A stretch of DNA of 64,000 nt from the NCBI GenBank assembly GCA_031286165.1, contig JAITUU010000018.1, positions 47,934 through 111,933 of the forward strand, read 5' to 3'. Position numbers and translations under genes: made by a program. This DNA is from Bacteroidales bacterium (GTDB lineage: Bacteria > Bacteroidota > Bacteroidia > Bacteroidales > UBA1715). This document shows, piece by piece, positions 1 through 9,034 of this stretch. Under the pieces are notes generated by a model. The model was not told the DNA's origin, made no database searches, and was given only the letters and a program-made list of their open reading frames with translations. Position 1 is the first letter of the stretch; every line of letters starts with the position of its first letter.

Positions 1-592
1 CTATAGTACCGTTTTCACCGTCAGTTTTGGAAATAGTAAGTGGATTGACTCCATTGAAAAGCACACTGGTATTTGGAAACGATACGGTAATTCCTCCGGC
101 ATTTAATCCGCTTCCCTTCACTTCAAAATTTTTGCTGGGAAAGGCAGCATCGGTATTGCATTTAATCAGGTTTATTTCCGATTTTCCTATGGTGATTTTT
201 GGTCCGCAGGTGGGAGCGGTGGTAGAAAATACCATGGTATGGGTTGTAGTATTCGCCCTACCATAAATTTTTATATTCTTGTTTGTTCCGTCATTAGTTC
301 CAACTGCGCCAACACCCCAATCCAAATACGAAAACCCAAGTCCTGAAAATGTCCATTGAGTCGCATTTGATATGTTGATAATACAACCGTATTCAGCATC
401 ACTGTCAAACGAAAAAATCCAATCACCGTTACAAGAAGTAACAGAAGAAATATTTGCTACTCCTGTATTTGCTGTTACAGTAAATGGAGCCTGCCCCATC
501 GCAGCAAAGCAGAGCAAAAGTGCTGTAATTAAACTTGTGAGAAATCGGCAACACGTTCGCGCGTTCCGGTTTTTTGTGTAAAAAGTGTTCAT
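1..592 (-). CDS. secreted protein, N-terminal fragment (rest lies beyond the left window edge)
   Basis: Not in the supplied ORF track because there is no stop inside the window. Manual minus-strand translation from ATG 592-590 gives MNTFYTKNRNARTCCRFLTSLITALLLCFAAMGQAPFTVTANTG..., a basic N-region plus hydrophobic core like a signal peptide. I checked every in-phase plus-strand triplet down to position 2 and found no TTA/CTA/TCA, so the frame stays open. Confidence 0.5.
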   Translation of the reverse strand, partial: MNTFYTKNRNARTCCRFLTSLITALLLCFAAMGQAPFTVTANTGVANISSVTSCNGDWIFSFDSDAEYGCIINISNATQWTFSGLGFSYLDWGVGAVGTNDGTNKNIKIYGRANTTTHTMVFSTTAPTCGPKITIGKSEINLIKCNTDAAFPSKNFEVKGSGLNAGGITVSFPNTSVLFNGVNPLTISKTDGENGTI

Positions 593-962
593 ACGTATAG
601 AGTATTTAGTGTGGTTGGAGTGTTCTTTTTTGTTCGCCGCACATTGGTATATAGACTAAAAAATCGGAAAAAAGGTTGCATTCGTTCATACAAATTTTCA
701 CCCTATTTTTATCTTTATCGGTACAACACACCATGCGCAAATAAATTAATTTCGCAAAATACACCTTTTTTAATCACAATGCAATGATTTTGCAACTTTT
801 TTTGCACATTTTGTCAGCATTTCTCATGCGTGAGGTCATATTTCTCTCTTTTTCTATCTCATTTGTAGGTATTTACACCTATTTTACTGCTATTTTACAC
901 ACAGGCACGCTGCGCAGCAAGTAATTTTTTGTAAAACAAAGTATTGTATAAAAAATTTAATG

Positions 963-970
963 TACTTTTG
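963..970 (+). promoter_or_regulatory. candidate Bacteroidetes-type -7 promoter box (TAnnTTTG)
   Basis: tacttttg matches TAnnTTTG and lies 29 nt upstream of the ATG at 1000, inside a ~400-nt divergent intergenic region. Confidence 0.4.
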
Positions 971-999
971 ACACTCAATTTTTTAGACTATTTTGTACT

Positions 1000-3405
1000 A
1001 TGTGGGTAAACATTGCGCGTATTATTTTACGATATAGGGTGGCTCTTTTGTGTATAGTTGCTGCTCTTACTGTTTTTATGGTGTATCACGCGCGTAAAGT
1101 TCATTTGAGTTACGAATACATTGCTCTGCTGCCGCAAGACGACAGTGCTTTTGTGCAATATCAAGCATTTAAAGAAATTTTTGGGCAAGATGCCAATATG
1201 CTCATTATAGGCATTCAGAGCGATTCGTTTTTCAATCTCTCGCAATTCAACGATTTTTTAGACCTCAACGATAGCCTGCGCACCCTTTCCGGCGTGGAAG
1301 GAATTTTATCGGCGGCGCAAGCACTTCGCTTGGAAGGTTCGCGCATAGTGCCCTACTTTGCCGAACGTCCGCAGTCGCAGCACGAATTAGATTCCCTCGC
1401 TGCCGACCTCAAACAGCAGCAGTTGTATCGCGGCTTGCTCTTCAACGACTCCACCCATGTATATACTATGGCTCTCACCATATCGCAGGAAATACTCGAT
1501 GGACCGGCTCGCGAACCACTCATAGATTCTATCAAAAAAATGGTGGATAGATTTGCTCACGCACACAATGCACAAGTGCACTATACCGGTATGCCCTACA
1601 TTCGCACCAAACTTTCGCTCAAACTGCAAACCGAACTGAAATTTTTCATCATTTTTGCCGGACTTGTGTGCGCCCTCATTCTGTATCTTTTCTTCCGCTC
1701 GTGGCGCACCGTATTTTTCTCCATGTTGGTAGTGGGTTTCGGCGTGGTATTCACCGCCGGACTTATGGGGCTTTTCGGCTATTCTATTTCTATACTCAAT
1801 GCCATGTTGCCGCCGCTCATTATAGTAATTACGGTGCCAAACTGTATTTATTTCCTCAACAAATACAATCAGGAATATGCGCACCACGGCAATAAAATAA
1901 AAGCCCTGCAACGAGTGATTATAAAAGTGGGAAATTCTATTTTTATAGCCAACCTCATTACCGCCATTAGTTTTGGTACCTTTATAGTTACCAATAGCCA
2001 TTTGCTCACGCAATTCGGTATTATAGCATCGCTGGGTATTCTTATTTCCATGACCCTATCGCTCATTCTCATACCCATTATATTCAGTTATCTGGCTCCG
2101 CCCAATACCAAAAAACTGCGCTATTTAGATGCGCCGTTTATTCACATTATTATTCGCAATGTTATCAATATAGTTACCAACCATCGCAAAAAAGTGTATT
2201 TGGTGGCAGCCGCCTGCGGTGTGCTTTCGGTGTGGGGCATTAGCCGTCTGCAAACCACCGGCTACATGGTAGATGACCTTCCGCAAAAGGATACGCTCAT
2301 GATAGACCTTAAATTCATGGAATCGCAATTTAAAGGTGCCTTACCGCTTGAATTTAAAATAACATCGCCCGAAAAAATCAATTTTTTGAATAACAAAGAT
2401 TTCATGCAGCGATTAGACGAATTTCAATCGCGACTTGCCGCCCACCCCGAAATTTCAAAACCGCTTTCCATACTCGATGTCATAAAATTCTCGTGGCAGG
2501 CTCACAATCACGGCGACCCCGATTACTACACCCTGCCCAGCAGCATGGATATGTTCTATAAAAATAAAATGAAAAAATTGGTGCACGGCGCAAACATGGG
2601 CGGCGGACTTGCCGGAGCCATGGTAGATAGCACCGGAACCGTTATTCGCGTGAAAGCAAATGTGCAAGACATAGGTACGCAGAAAATGGAAGAATTGGAA
2701 AAACAAATTCTGCGCGATATTCACGATGTGTGGGGCGACAGCAAATACACAGTGCAAATGACCGGCGCAAGTATTACATTTTCAAAAGGAACACAATACA
2801 TTCGTAATTCACTGTTTTTAAGTATCGGCTTGGCATTTATTATTGTTGCCTTCATTATGCTTATTCTTTTCCGTTCCAAACGCATGGTGGGTATAGCACT
2901 GCTGGTAAACGTACTGCCGCTCACCATTACCGCCGCACTCATGGGATTTTTCGGTATTCCCATAAAACCCTCTACGGTGTTGGTATTTTCCATAGCCTTT
3001 GGCAATGCTACCGATGATACCATTCACTTTCTTGCAAAATACCGTCAAGAACTCAAACGCAGCAATTGGAACATTGGCACATCGGTAATTACCACCATTC
3101 GCGAAACCGGCGCAAGCATGATATATACCTCGATTGTTCTTTTCTGCGGATTCAGCGTATTTATATTCTCACAATTCGGCGGCACCCAAGCATTGGGAGC
3201 GTTGGTGGCTATCACCCTCTTTATGGTTATGATTTCCAACAACTTACTCCTTCCCTCTCTCCTTCTTTCACTCGAACGAAAAATTACCAAAAAATCCTTC
3301 GGTGAACCGCTTTTGCAGGTGTTCAACGAAGAAGAAGACATAGAAATTTCGGAATTACAAATCAATTCAAACTCCGCAAACGATGACAGCACCGAAGAAG
3401 CATAA
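1000..3405 (+). CDS. MMPL/RND-superfamily (sterol-sensing-domain type) membrane transporter
   Basis: 801 aa with two clusters of hydrophobic helices separated by large soluble loops, a 12-TM RND/MMPL-like topology. Motif-like stretches PPLIIVITVPNCIYFLNKY and FGNATDDTIHFLAKY. Acidic C-terminal tail. Confidence 0.75.
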   Translation: MWVNIARIILRYRVALLCIVAALTVFMVYHARKVHLSYEYIALLPQDDSAFVQYQAFKEIFGQDANMLIIGIQSDSFFNLSQFNDFLDLNDSLRTLSGVEGILSAAQALRLEGSRIVPYFAERPQSQHELDSLAADLKQQQLYRGLLFNDSTHVYTMALTISQEILDGPAREPLIDSIKKMVDRFAHAHNAQVHYTGMPYIRTKLSLKLQTELKFFIIFAGLVCALILYLFFRSWRTVFFSMLVVGFGVVFTAGLMGLFGYSISILNAMLPPLIIVITVPNCIYFLNKYNQEYAHHGNKIKALQRVIIKVGNSIFIANLITAISFGTFIVTNSHLLTQFGIIASLGILISMTLSLILIPIIFSYLAPPNTKKLRYLDAPFIHIIIRNVINIVTNHRKKVYLVAAACGVLSVWGISRLQTTGYMVDDLPQKDTLMIDLKFMESQFKGALPLEFKITSPEKINFLNNKDFMQRLDEFQSRLAAHPEISKPLSILDVIKFSWQAHNHGDPDYYTLPSSMDMFYKNKMKKLVHGANMGGGLAGAMVDSTGTVIRVKANVQDIGTQKMEELEKQILRDIHDVWGDSKYTVQMTGASITFSKGTQYIRNSLFLSIGLAFIIVAFIMLILFRSKRMVGIALLVNVLPLTITAALMGFFGIPIKPSTVLVFSIAFGNATDDTIHFLAKYRQELKRSNWNIGTSVITTIRETGASMIYTSIVLFCGFSVFIFSQFGGTQALGALVAITLFMVMISNNLLLPSLLLSLERKITKKSFGEPLLQVFNEEEDIEISELQINSNSANDDSTEEA

Positions 3406-4342
3406 TATATTAGTAACCGGAGGTGCCGGTTTTATTGGCAGTTATTTGGTGGAACGCTTGCTGCGCGATGGACGATATTTCATTCTCGTAGCCGATGACC
3501 TCTCTACCGGCGATACCCGCAAACTTCCGCAAGCGAGCGAAGACTGCTTGCAATTTGTGCACTGCAATGTGAATAAGTACGAAGAAATTGCCGCCATTAT
3601 GCACGCTCGCTCCTTCGATTATGTGTTTCACTACGCAGCCATGGTGGGAGTTTTGCGCACGCAGCAGCACCCCTTGCAAGTACTTGAAGATATTGAAGGT
3701 TTCAAGCATGTGTGTTCACTTGCGGTGGAAACCCACGTAAAACGAATTTTCTTTTCGTCATCGAGCGAAATTTACGGCGAACCCTTTGAAATGCCGCAAA
3801 ATGTGCGCACTACGCCGCTCAATTCGCGCGTGCCCTACGCCATTGTAAAAAACGTGGGTGAGGCTTTCCTGCGCTCTTACCATCAGGAATTTGGATTAGA
3901 ATACGCCATTTTTCGATTTTTCAATACCTACGGACCACGCCAAAGTATGGATTTTGTGATGAGTAAATTTATTATAAAAGCACTGCGCGGCGAAAATATA
4001 GAAGTGTATGGCGATGGACTGCAAACCCGCACATTTTGCTACATAGACGATAATATAGATGCCTGCGTAAATGCCTTTGAGCACAATTTGCTGGTAAACG
4101 ATGTGGCAAACATAGGCGGCAATAAAGAAATTACCATACTGCACCTTGCGCAAACAATTATAGAAAAAACCAAGTCGAAATCGAAGATAGTACACGTGGC
4201 ACCACTCAAAGACGGCGATATGAGCCGCCGCTGTCCCGAAAATACCTTTATGCGCGAAGTACTGCTCGGTCGTCCGCCGGTGGAACTCGAACAAGGAATT
4301 GAACGACTGCTCAAAATCGGTTTATTTGATTTGAATGTGTAA
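3383..4342 (+). CDS. NAD-dependent epimerase/dehydratase (extended SDR, UDP-glucuronate decarboxylase-like)
   Basis: Rossmann motif VTGGAGFIGS, catalytic YxxxK (PYAIVK), FRFFNTYGPR block. The start overlaps the upstream transporter gene by 23 nt. Confidence 0.85.
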   Translation: MTAPKKHNILVTGGAGFIGSYLVERLLRDGRYFILVADDLSTGDTRKLPQASEDCLQFVHCNVNKYEEIAAIMHARSFDYVFHYAAMVGVLRTQQHPLQVLEDIEGFKHVCSLAVETHVKRIFFSSSSEIYGEPFEMPQNVRTTPLNSRVPYAIVKNVGEAFLRSYHQEFGLEYAIFRFFNTYGPRQSMDFVMSKFIIKALRGENIEVYGDGLQTRTFCYIDDNIDACVNAFEHNLLVNDVANIGGNKEITILHLAQTIIEKTKSKSKIVHVAPLKDGDMSRRCPENTFMREVLLGRPPVELEQGIERLLKIGLFDLNV

Positions 4343-4353
4343 ACAAAAAAACG

Positions 4354-4980
4354 ATGGCTAAAACAAGTGTATTTGTGTGCGATGCCCAACAATTATTTTG
4401 CGATGGCATACGAAGTATTCTCAGCGAAAACGGCTATGCCATAGTAGGCGATGCACTCACCGGTAAAGATTTAGTAAAAAAAGTGCAAAAAGCACAACCC
4501 GAAATTATTTTGATGGACGTTACCCTGCCCGAACTGAACGGCTACGAAGCAGCAAAGCAAATTCTCGCCCTCTTTCCGCACCAAATTATTGTAGTAATTT
4601 CGGAACGCGACGACGAAAAAATCTACACCGACTGCATGACACTCGGCGTGCGCGGATATATACTGAAAAATGCCACAAAAAACGAACTGCTTTTGGCTCT
4701 GCAAAAAATTACCAATGGCGACATCTATTTTTCGCAAAGTTTGCTCCTCAAAATAATAAAAACCAAAAATACCCTGAAAAGTTCGCGACTTTCTATTCGC
4801 GAAAAAGAAGTGCTCCAATTAATTTGTAACGGCGATTCCAATAACGAAATCAGCGAAAAACTGCACATCAGCCCACGCACGGTGGAACGCCACCGCGCAA
4901 ATTTGCTCCGAAAAACAGATTCTTCCAATTCCATAAAATTGGCTATGCACGCCGTGCAACACGGATTAATAGAGGTTTAA
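4354..4980 (+). CDS. LuxR/NarL-family response regulator (orphan, no kinase in window)
   Basis: Receiver domain with acceptor Asp in IILMDVTLP. C-terminal GerE/LuxR HTH REKEVLQLICNGDSNNEISEKLHISPRTVERHRANLLRK. Confidence 0.85.
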   Translation: MAKTSVFVCDAQQLFCDGIRSILSENGYAIVGDALTGKDLVKKVQKAQPEIILMDVTLPELNGYEAAKQILALFPHQIIVVISERDDEKIYTDCMTLGVRGYILKNATKNELLLALQKITNGDIYFSQSLLLKIIKTKNTLKSSRLSIREKEVLQLICNGDSNNEISEKLHISPRTVERHRANLLRKTDSSNSIKLAMHAVQHGLIEV

Positions 4981-6386
4981 GCCAATAATTCTTTTTTGAA
5001 ATTCACCAAAAACACCTGCTCGGTAGCGCGAGTAACGGCGGTATAGAGCCAACGCAAAAAATCACCGGAAATACTATCTTCGGACAAAAATCCATGGTCT
5101 ATATACACGTGTTTCCACTGTCCGCCCTGCGCTTTATGGCACGTTACGGCGTAGGCAAATTTCACTTGCAGTGCATTGAAATACGGGTGTTTGCGCATTT
5201 GCTCATACACTTTGCGTTTGTTGCCCTCATCGGCATAGTCGGCAAGCACTTCGCGGTAGAGCGATTGCGATTGCTCATAGGTAAGTGCCGGAGCCTCGCT
5301 TTCTAATGTTTCCAAAAGAAGTTTTGCCTCTATTTCTACATTATAATCTATCAAAAGCAGACGAGCATTCACAAAAGAAAATCCGTATAAATTCTCGTAT
5401 TTCCCCAATTTAAGCACTTTTGCACTATCGCCATTGGCTATAAAATCGGTTTCGGGCACTTGACTTGCCCAAAAGTAGTTATTCTTCACTATCATGAGCA
5501 TATCGCCCACCGCAATACGCGATTCCTGCCATAAAATACTGCGGCGCACACCCTCGTTGTAGCGATAGGCTTGTTTATTGGAGCGAGTAATTACTATGCT
5601 TTCCTCATCGCCCACCGTGCCGTAGGAATGTTCCAACTCTTCCAGCAAATCGGCACCCGAAAGAGAGCGCACATCGGCAGTTTGACGGAATTTCGGGAAA
5701 TTTTGCAAGCCTCGAATATGTTCAATACTATTGCGAATAGCCGTAGCATTGCTCAAAATTCCTGAATTTTCGGCTTGGCGAAGCACTTGGGTGAGTTGCA
5801 CCGCGCGAGTAGGTTTCAAAAAAGTTTGAAAAATATAATCCGCCTGCAATGCCGGACTTTGCTGCAAACCCACCGGCGGCAACTGCGCCGAATCGCCTAT
5901 CAAAATCAATTTACAACCATTGTTGCCGGAAAACACAAACGTAAACAAATCGGCGAGCAACATTCCCGTGCCAAACATTGCCTGCTCCGCATATTCGGTG
6001 CTGAGCATAGAAGCCTCATCTACAAAAAAATACGTGCGCGGCTGCGAATTGAAGCCTATCGAAAATTTCGACAGCACATCGGCTTTTTGCTGACGGTATA
6101 TTTTTTTATGAATGGTACTCGCCGGTTTTCCGGTGTAGTGTGCCATTACTTTTGCCGCACGCCCGGTGGGAGCCAGCAGGCACGAAGGCATGTTGTCTTC
6201 GGCGAGTGTTTCTATTATGGTTTTCAATATGGTGGTTTTTCCCGTGCCGGCATAACCGTGAATTATGAAAACCTCATCGGATGAACACACAAAATCGGCA
6301 AACTGCTGCAACAACGTATCTTGGTCCGGCGTAGGTGCAAAAGGAAATTTTCCTAAAAATTTGGTATAGAGAAAGGTTTGTAGCAT
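4977..6386 (-). CDS. RecD/TraA-like superfamily-1 DNA helicase
   Basis: Walker A GYAGTGKTT, Walker B-like FFVDEASML, ILIGDSAQLPPV, C-terminal AVTCHKAQGGQW (SF1 motif VI-like). Start placed at ATG 6386 (MLQTFLY...), because the track start adds 9 aa. The 3' end overlaps the convergent response-regulator stop by 4 nt. Confidence 0.8.
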   Translation of the reverse strand: MLQTFLYTKFLGKFPFAPTPDQDTLLQQFADFVCSSDEVFIIHGYAGTGKTTILKTIIETLAEDNMPSCLLAPTGRAAKVMAHYTGKPASTIHKKIYRQQKADVLSKFSIGFNSQPRTYFFVDEASMLSTEYAEQAMFGTGMLLADLFTFVFSGNNGCKLILIGDSAQLPPVGLQQSPALQADYIFQTFLKPTRAVQLTQVLRQAENSGILSNATAIRNSIEHIRGLQNFPKFRQTADVRSLSGADLLEELEHSYGTVGDEESIVITRSNKQAYRYNEGVRRSILWQESRIAVGDMLMIVKNNYFWASQVPETDFIANGDSAKVLKLGKYENLYGFSFVNARLLLIDYNVEIEAKLLLETLESEAPALTYEQSQSLYREVLADYADEGNKRKVYEQMRKHPYFNALQVKFAYAVTCHKAQGGQWKHVYIDHGFLSEDSISGDFLRWLYTAVTRATEQVFLVNFKKELLA

Positions 6387-6410
6387 TGAATTTCTATTAT
6401 TTTCACCGCA

Positions 6411-6418
6411 CAAATATA
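6411..6418 (-). promoter_or_regulatory. candidate -7 promoter box (TAnnTTTG on minus strand)
   Basis: Plus-strand caaatata is TATATTTG on the minus strand, 24 nt upstream of the helicase ATG (6386). Confidence 0.45.
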
Positions 6419-6469
6419 GAGCAATAAAAAACGAAAAACATTTTTTTGAAAACTTTCACACAATTTTCC

Positions 6470-6477
6470 TATCTTTG
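6470..6477 (+). promoter_or_regulatory. candidate -7 promoter box
   Basis: tatctttg matches TAnnTTTG, 53 nt upstream of ATG 6531, divergent from the helicase promoter. Confidence 0.4.
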
Positions 6478-6530
6478 TATTTTGTTACTTGTACTCACAA
6501 AACTATTGTAGCTACCATAAACCCAACACT

Positions 6531-7373
6531 ATGCGCAATTTTATACTCACCACAAGCGATTACGCTAAAAACACTCCTGAGCAATCGGCGGTAATTGCCC
6601 TTCGCCCCGATGGATTTTCGTTTCTTATTCGCACACAGCCTCATAGCATTGCCGCAGTGGGATATGTTAGCACTGCGGCTGCGCCGCAATCTGCGCAGTA
6701 CGAGCAGGAATTGCGCAGATTTTTACAGCAGGAATTACTCCAACAATCATTTGCGCAGTGTTCTATTCTCTACGCTGCTCAAGCAGTGAGCATGGTTCCG
6801 GGGGAGTTTTACAGTGAGCAACATCGCACAGAAGTTTTTACGCTCACACAAGCACTTGAAAGCGGCGAAACCGTTGCCCAACAAGCCCTACGAGGTGTAG
6901 ATGCCGTAGTTTTATACGCTCTTCCTCAGAATAGTGTAAACACTTGCAATGAAGAATTACACCGCGAATGTCGATTTTTTCCGCAAGCGGCTTCGTTTAT
7001 AGAACGCAGCGTGGCGCACAACACCCTTGTTCGCCGAAAAATGCTCTCTATTTCGGTGGAAAGTTTTTACTTCGATATAGTGCTTGCCGAAAACGGCAAA
7101 CTGCTTTTCTATAACAATTTTTCGTTCACCAATGTGAATGAATTTGTGCACATTGTGCGCATGGTGTGCGAGCAATTGCAACTCGTGCCGCAGGACGTAG
7201 AAATAGAACTTTCGGGAAAAATCAGTGCTGCATCAAATTATTGTAAATCGCTGCAATTATTCTTTCCTCATGCACAGGTGGTGCAGCAGTTGAATAATGA
7301 TATTGATTTTTCCTTCAATCCCCTTCTTTTTTCAGTGTTTACTAATTTGATTTCCTTGCAGTTATGCGAATAA
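6531..7373 (+). CDS. conserved hypothetical protein (DUF3822-like)
   Basis: Start set at ATG 6531 (MRNFILTTSDY...). No catalytic motif recognised. It resembles the Bacteroidetes protein that commonly precedes rsmD; the assignment is from memory only. Confidence 0.45.
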   Translation: MRNFILTTSDYAKNTPEQSAVIALRPDGFSFLIRTQPHSIAAVGYVSTAAAPQSAQYEQELRRFLQQELLQQSFAQCSILYAAQAVSMVPGEFYSEQHRTEVFTLTQALESGETVAQQALRGVDAVVLYALPQNSVNTCNEELHRECRFFPQAASFIERSVAHNTLVRRKMLSISVESFYFDIVLAENGKLLFYNNFSFTNVNEFVHIVRMVCEQLQLVPQDVEIELSGKISAASNYCKSLQLFFPHAQVVQQLNNDIDFSFNPLLFSVFTNLISLQLCE

Positions 7374-7906
7374 TTAGCGGTTCTTTACGAGGGCGCATGG
7401 TAGTGGCTCCCAAGCAGTTCAAACTTCGCCCCACTACCGATATTGCCAAAGAAGCACTGTTCAATATTTTGAACAACGAAATCGACTTTGACGAATCTTC
7501 GCTCCTCGACCTTTTTGCCGGCATCGGCAGTATTTCGCTTGAATGTGCCTCACGCGGCATGACCGACATAGTGTGCGTGGAACGCAATGCGCAGCACGCG
7601 GCATTTATCAAAAAAACAGCAAAGGATTTCAAATTAGAAGGCGTAACGGTGCTGTGCAACGATGTGCGCGATTTTCTCAAAATTGCCTATCGCTCCTTCG
7701 ATATTATTTTTGCCGACCCACCCTACGACCTTCCTTGGATAGCGCAAGTGCCTGATTATATTTTCAGTTCGCAAGCGGTGAATAACGATACTACGGTAAT
7801 TATAGAACACCCCGCCGAAGTTTCTTATGCCGCGCATCCGCAGTTTTCACACACAAAACACTACGGCAAAGTGCATTTTTCGTGGCTAAAAAAATCAATG
7901 TGCTAA
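7364..7906 (+). CDS. rsmD: 16S rRNA (guanine966-N2)-methyltransferase RsmD
   Basis: SAM-binding motif LDLFAGIGSISLE and the DPPY motif (FADPPY). 180 aa. Overlaps the upstream gene by 10 nt. Confidence 0.85.
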   Translation: MRIISGSLRGRMVVAPKQFKLRPTTDIAKEALFNILNNEIDFDESSLLDLFAGIGSISLECASRGMTDIVCVERNAQHAAFIKKTAKDFKLEGVTVLCNDVRDFLKIAYRSFDIIFADPPYDLPWIAQVPDYIFSSQAVNNDTTVIIEHPAEVSYAAHPQFSHTKHYGKVHFSWLKKSMC

Positions 7907-7980
7907 TGTGCTAATATGCCAATATAACAATGAATATCAACTACTATCTACTAATATCTCAATATCTATAACTATCTAAT
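7901..7980 (+). repeat. intergenic spacer made of degenerate tandem 8-mers (TGCTAATG TGCTAATA TGCCAATA TAACAATG ... TACTAATA TCTCAATA ...)
   Basis: Read directly from the sequence. It starts within the rsmD stop and ends at the next ATG. It is colinear with the spacer at 25446-25516 (blocks atgtgcta[a/c]tatgc and tatctactaa). Confidence 0.6.
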
Positions 7981-8698
7981 GTCAAATCTCTCTCTCTATA
8001 AATCCCGTTCATTTCAGGAAATTTTTGCCGACACGGGAGCATTTTTACAACAGGAATGGCGTTCATTTTTTTTGTGCATTGTGTTCTATGCCGCACCGGT
8101 GGCTGCTGTGGCGAATTATTTCAATACGCGCGTGAAAAATCCTTTTGATTTTGAATCAAAGGAAATGCTTACTTTTTTGGTATTTGCCGTAGTGAGTAAT
8201 TTTTTACTGCAAAGCGTGAGTTATTGCTACATGGCGTGTTATGCGCAGAGCGGAAGTTCTCCTTCTCGACACAATGTGTGGGATTATTTCTCGAAAAACA
8301 TTTTCACCTGCCTCAAAGCATTCTTCTTGTCGAATGCTATCATCGGTTTGGGTTTGCTCCTCTTCGTTGTGCCGGGCATGATAGCACTTTTGCCTTTTTC
8401 ACTGTATGCTGTCGATACAATTTTCACCGCATCGCCCAGCCGCGAATCGCTTACGCGCAGTGTAACACTCACACAACATTCTATGGGCATGGGTTACGCC
8501 ACCGTATTGCTGTGCTATGCCATTATTTTTGCGCTGCAAATAACAGCAGGCGTGGCAGTGGGCAAGGCTTCGAGCGGAGTGCAAGTACTTGTAACTACTG
8601 CTCTTTCCATAGTTTCCACCGTCATGTACATCGTTATTGCCATTCTGTATTGTTCACTTTCTTCCAAAACTCAAAAAACGTATGACGATAATCAATAA
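7979..8698 (+). CDS. integral membrane protein, unknown function
   Basis: 239 aa with about 5-6 hydrophobic helices. No family recognised. Confidence 0.5.
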   Translation: MSNLSLYKSRSFQEIFADTGAFLQQEWRSFFLCIVFYAAPVAAVANYFNTRVKNPFDFESKEMLTFLVFAVVSNFLLQSVSYCYMACYAQSGSSPSRHNVWDYFSKNIFTCLKAFFLSNAIIGLGLLLFVVPGMIALLPFSLYAVDTIFTASPSRESLTRSVTLTQHSMGMGYATVLLCYAIIFALQITAGVAVGKASSGVQVLVTTALSIVSTVMYIVIAILYCSLSSKTQKTYDDNQ

Positions 8699-8984
8699 TA
8701 CGCTTTCGTTTGCGCCTCATATTCAAGAAGATGCCATTACATGGCTCAAAACCGTGTATGTACATTTATTTTCCGCCTGTCCTTTGGTGCAGCACGCACG
8801 ATTGCTGCAAATAGAACATCAGGGCGATGCCGAAGATTGCTTTGCACTGCAAATTCACTTTGCTCAAAAAGAGCATTACACACAGTATAAGGAAAAATAC
8901 GCACCCGATTTTGAGCAAATTTTTACCGCAAAATTCCAAAACATGGCAGGGATTTTCAGTACCGTACTGCACGAAGTAGAATGA
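8682..8984 (+). CDS. small conserved hypothetical protein (DUF4286-like)
   Basis: Start set to ATG 8682 (MTIINNT...), overlapping the upstream gene by 17 nt. About 100 aa. Weak similarity by memory only. Confidence 0.4.
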   Translation: MTIINNTLSFAPHIQEDAITWLKTVYVHLFSACPLVQHARLLQIEHQGDAEDCFALQIHFAQKEHYTQYKEKYAPDFEQIFTAKFQNMAGIFSTVLHEVE

Positions 8985-9009
8985 TAAAAAACACGTATTG
9001 CTCCTTTGA

Positions 9010-9034
9010 GATTCCGCATCAAGTGCGGAATGAC
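9010..9034. repeat. REP-like palindromic element GATTCCGCA-loop-TGCGGAATGAC
   Basis: attccgca (9011-9018) pairs with tgcggaat (9024-9031). Same design as gattcctgctttcgcaggaatgac at 39386-39409. It sits between convergent genes and encodes the last six codons (SPSFRT) and the stop of the acyltransferase ORF. Confidence 0.7.
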
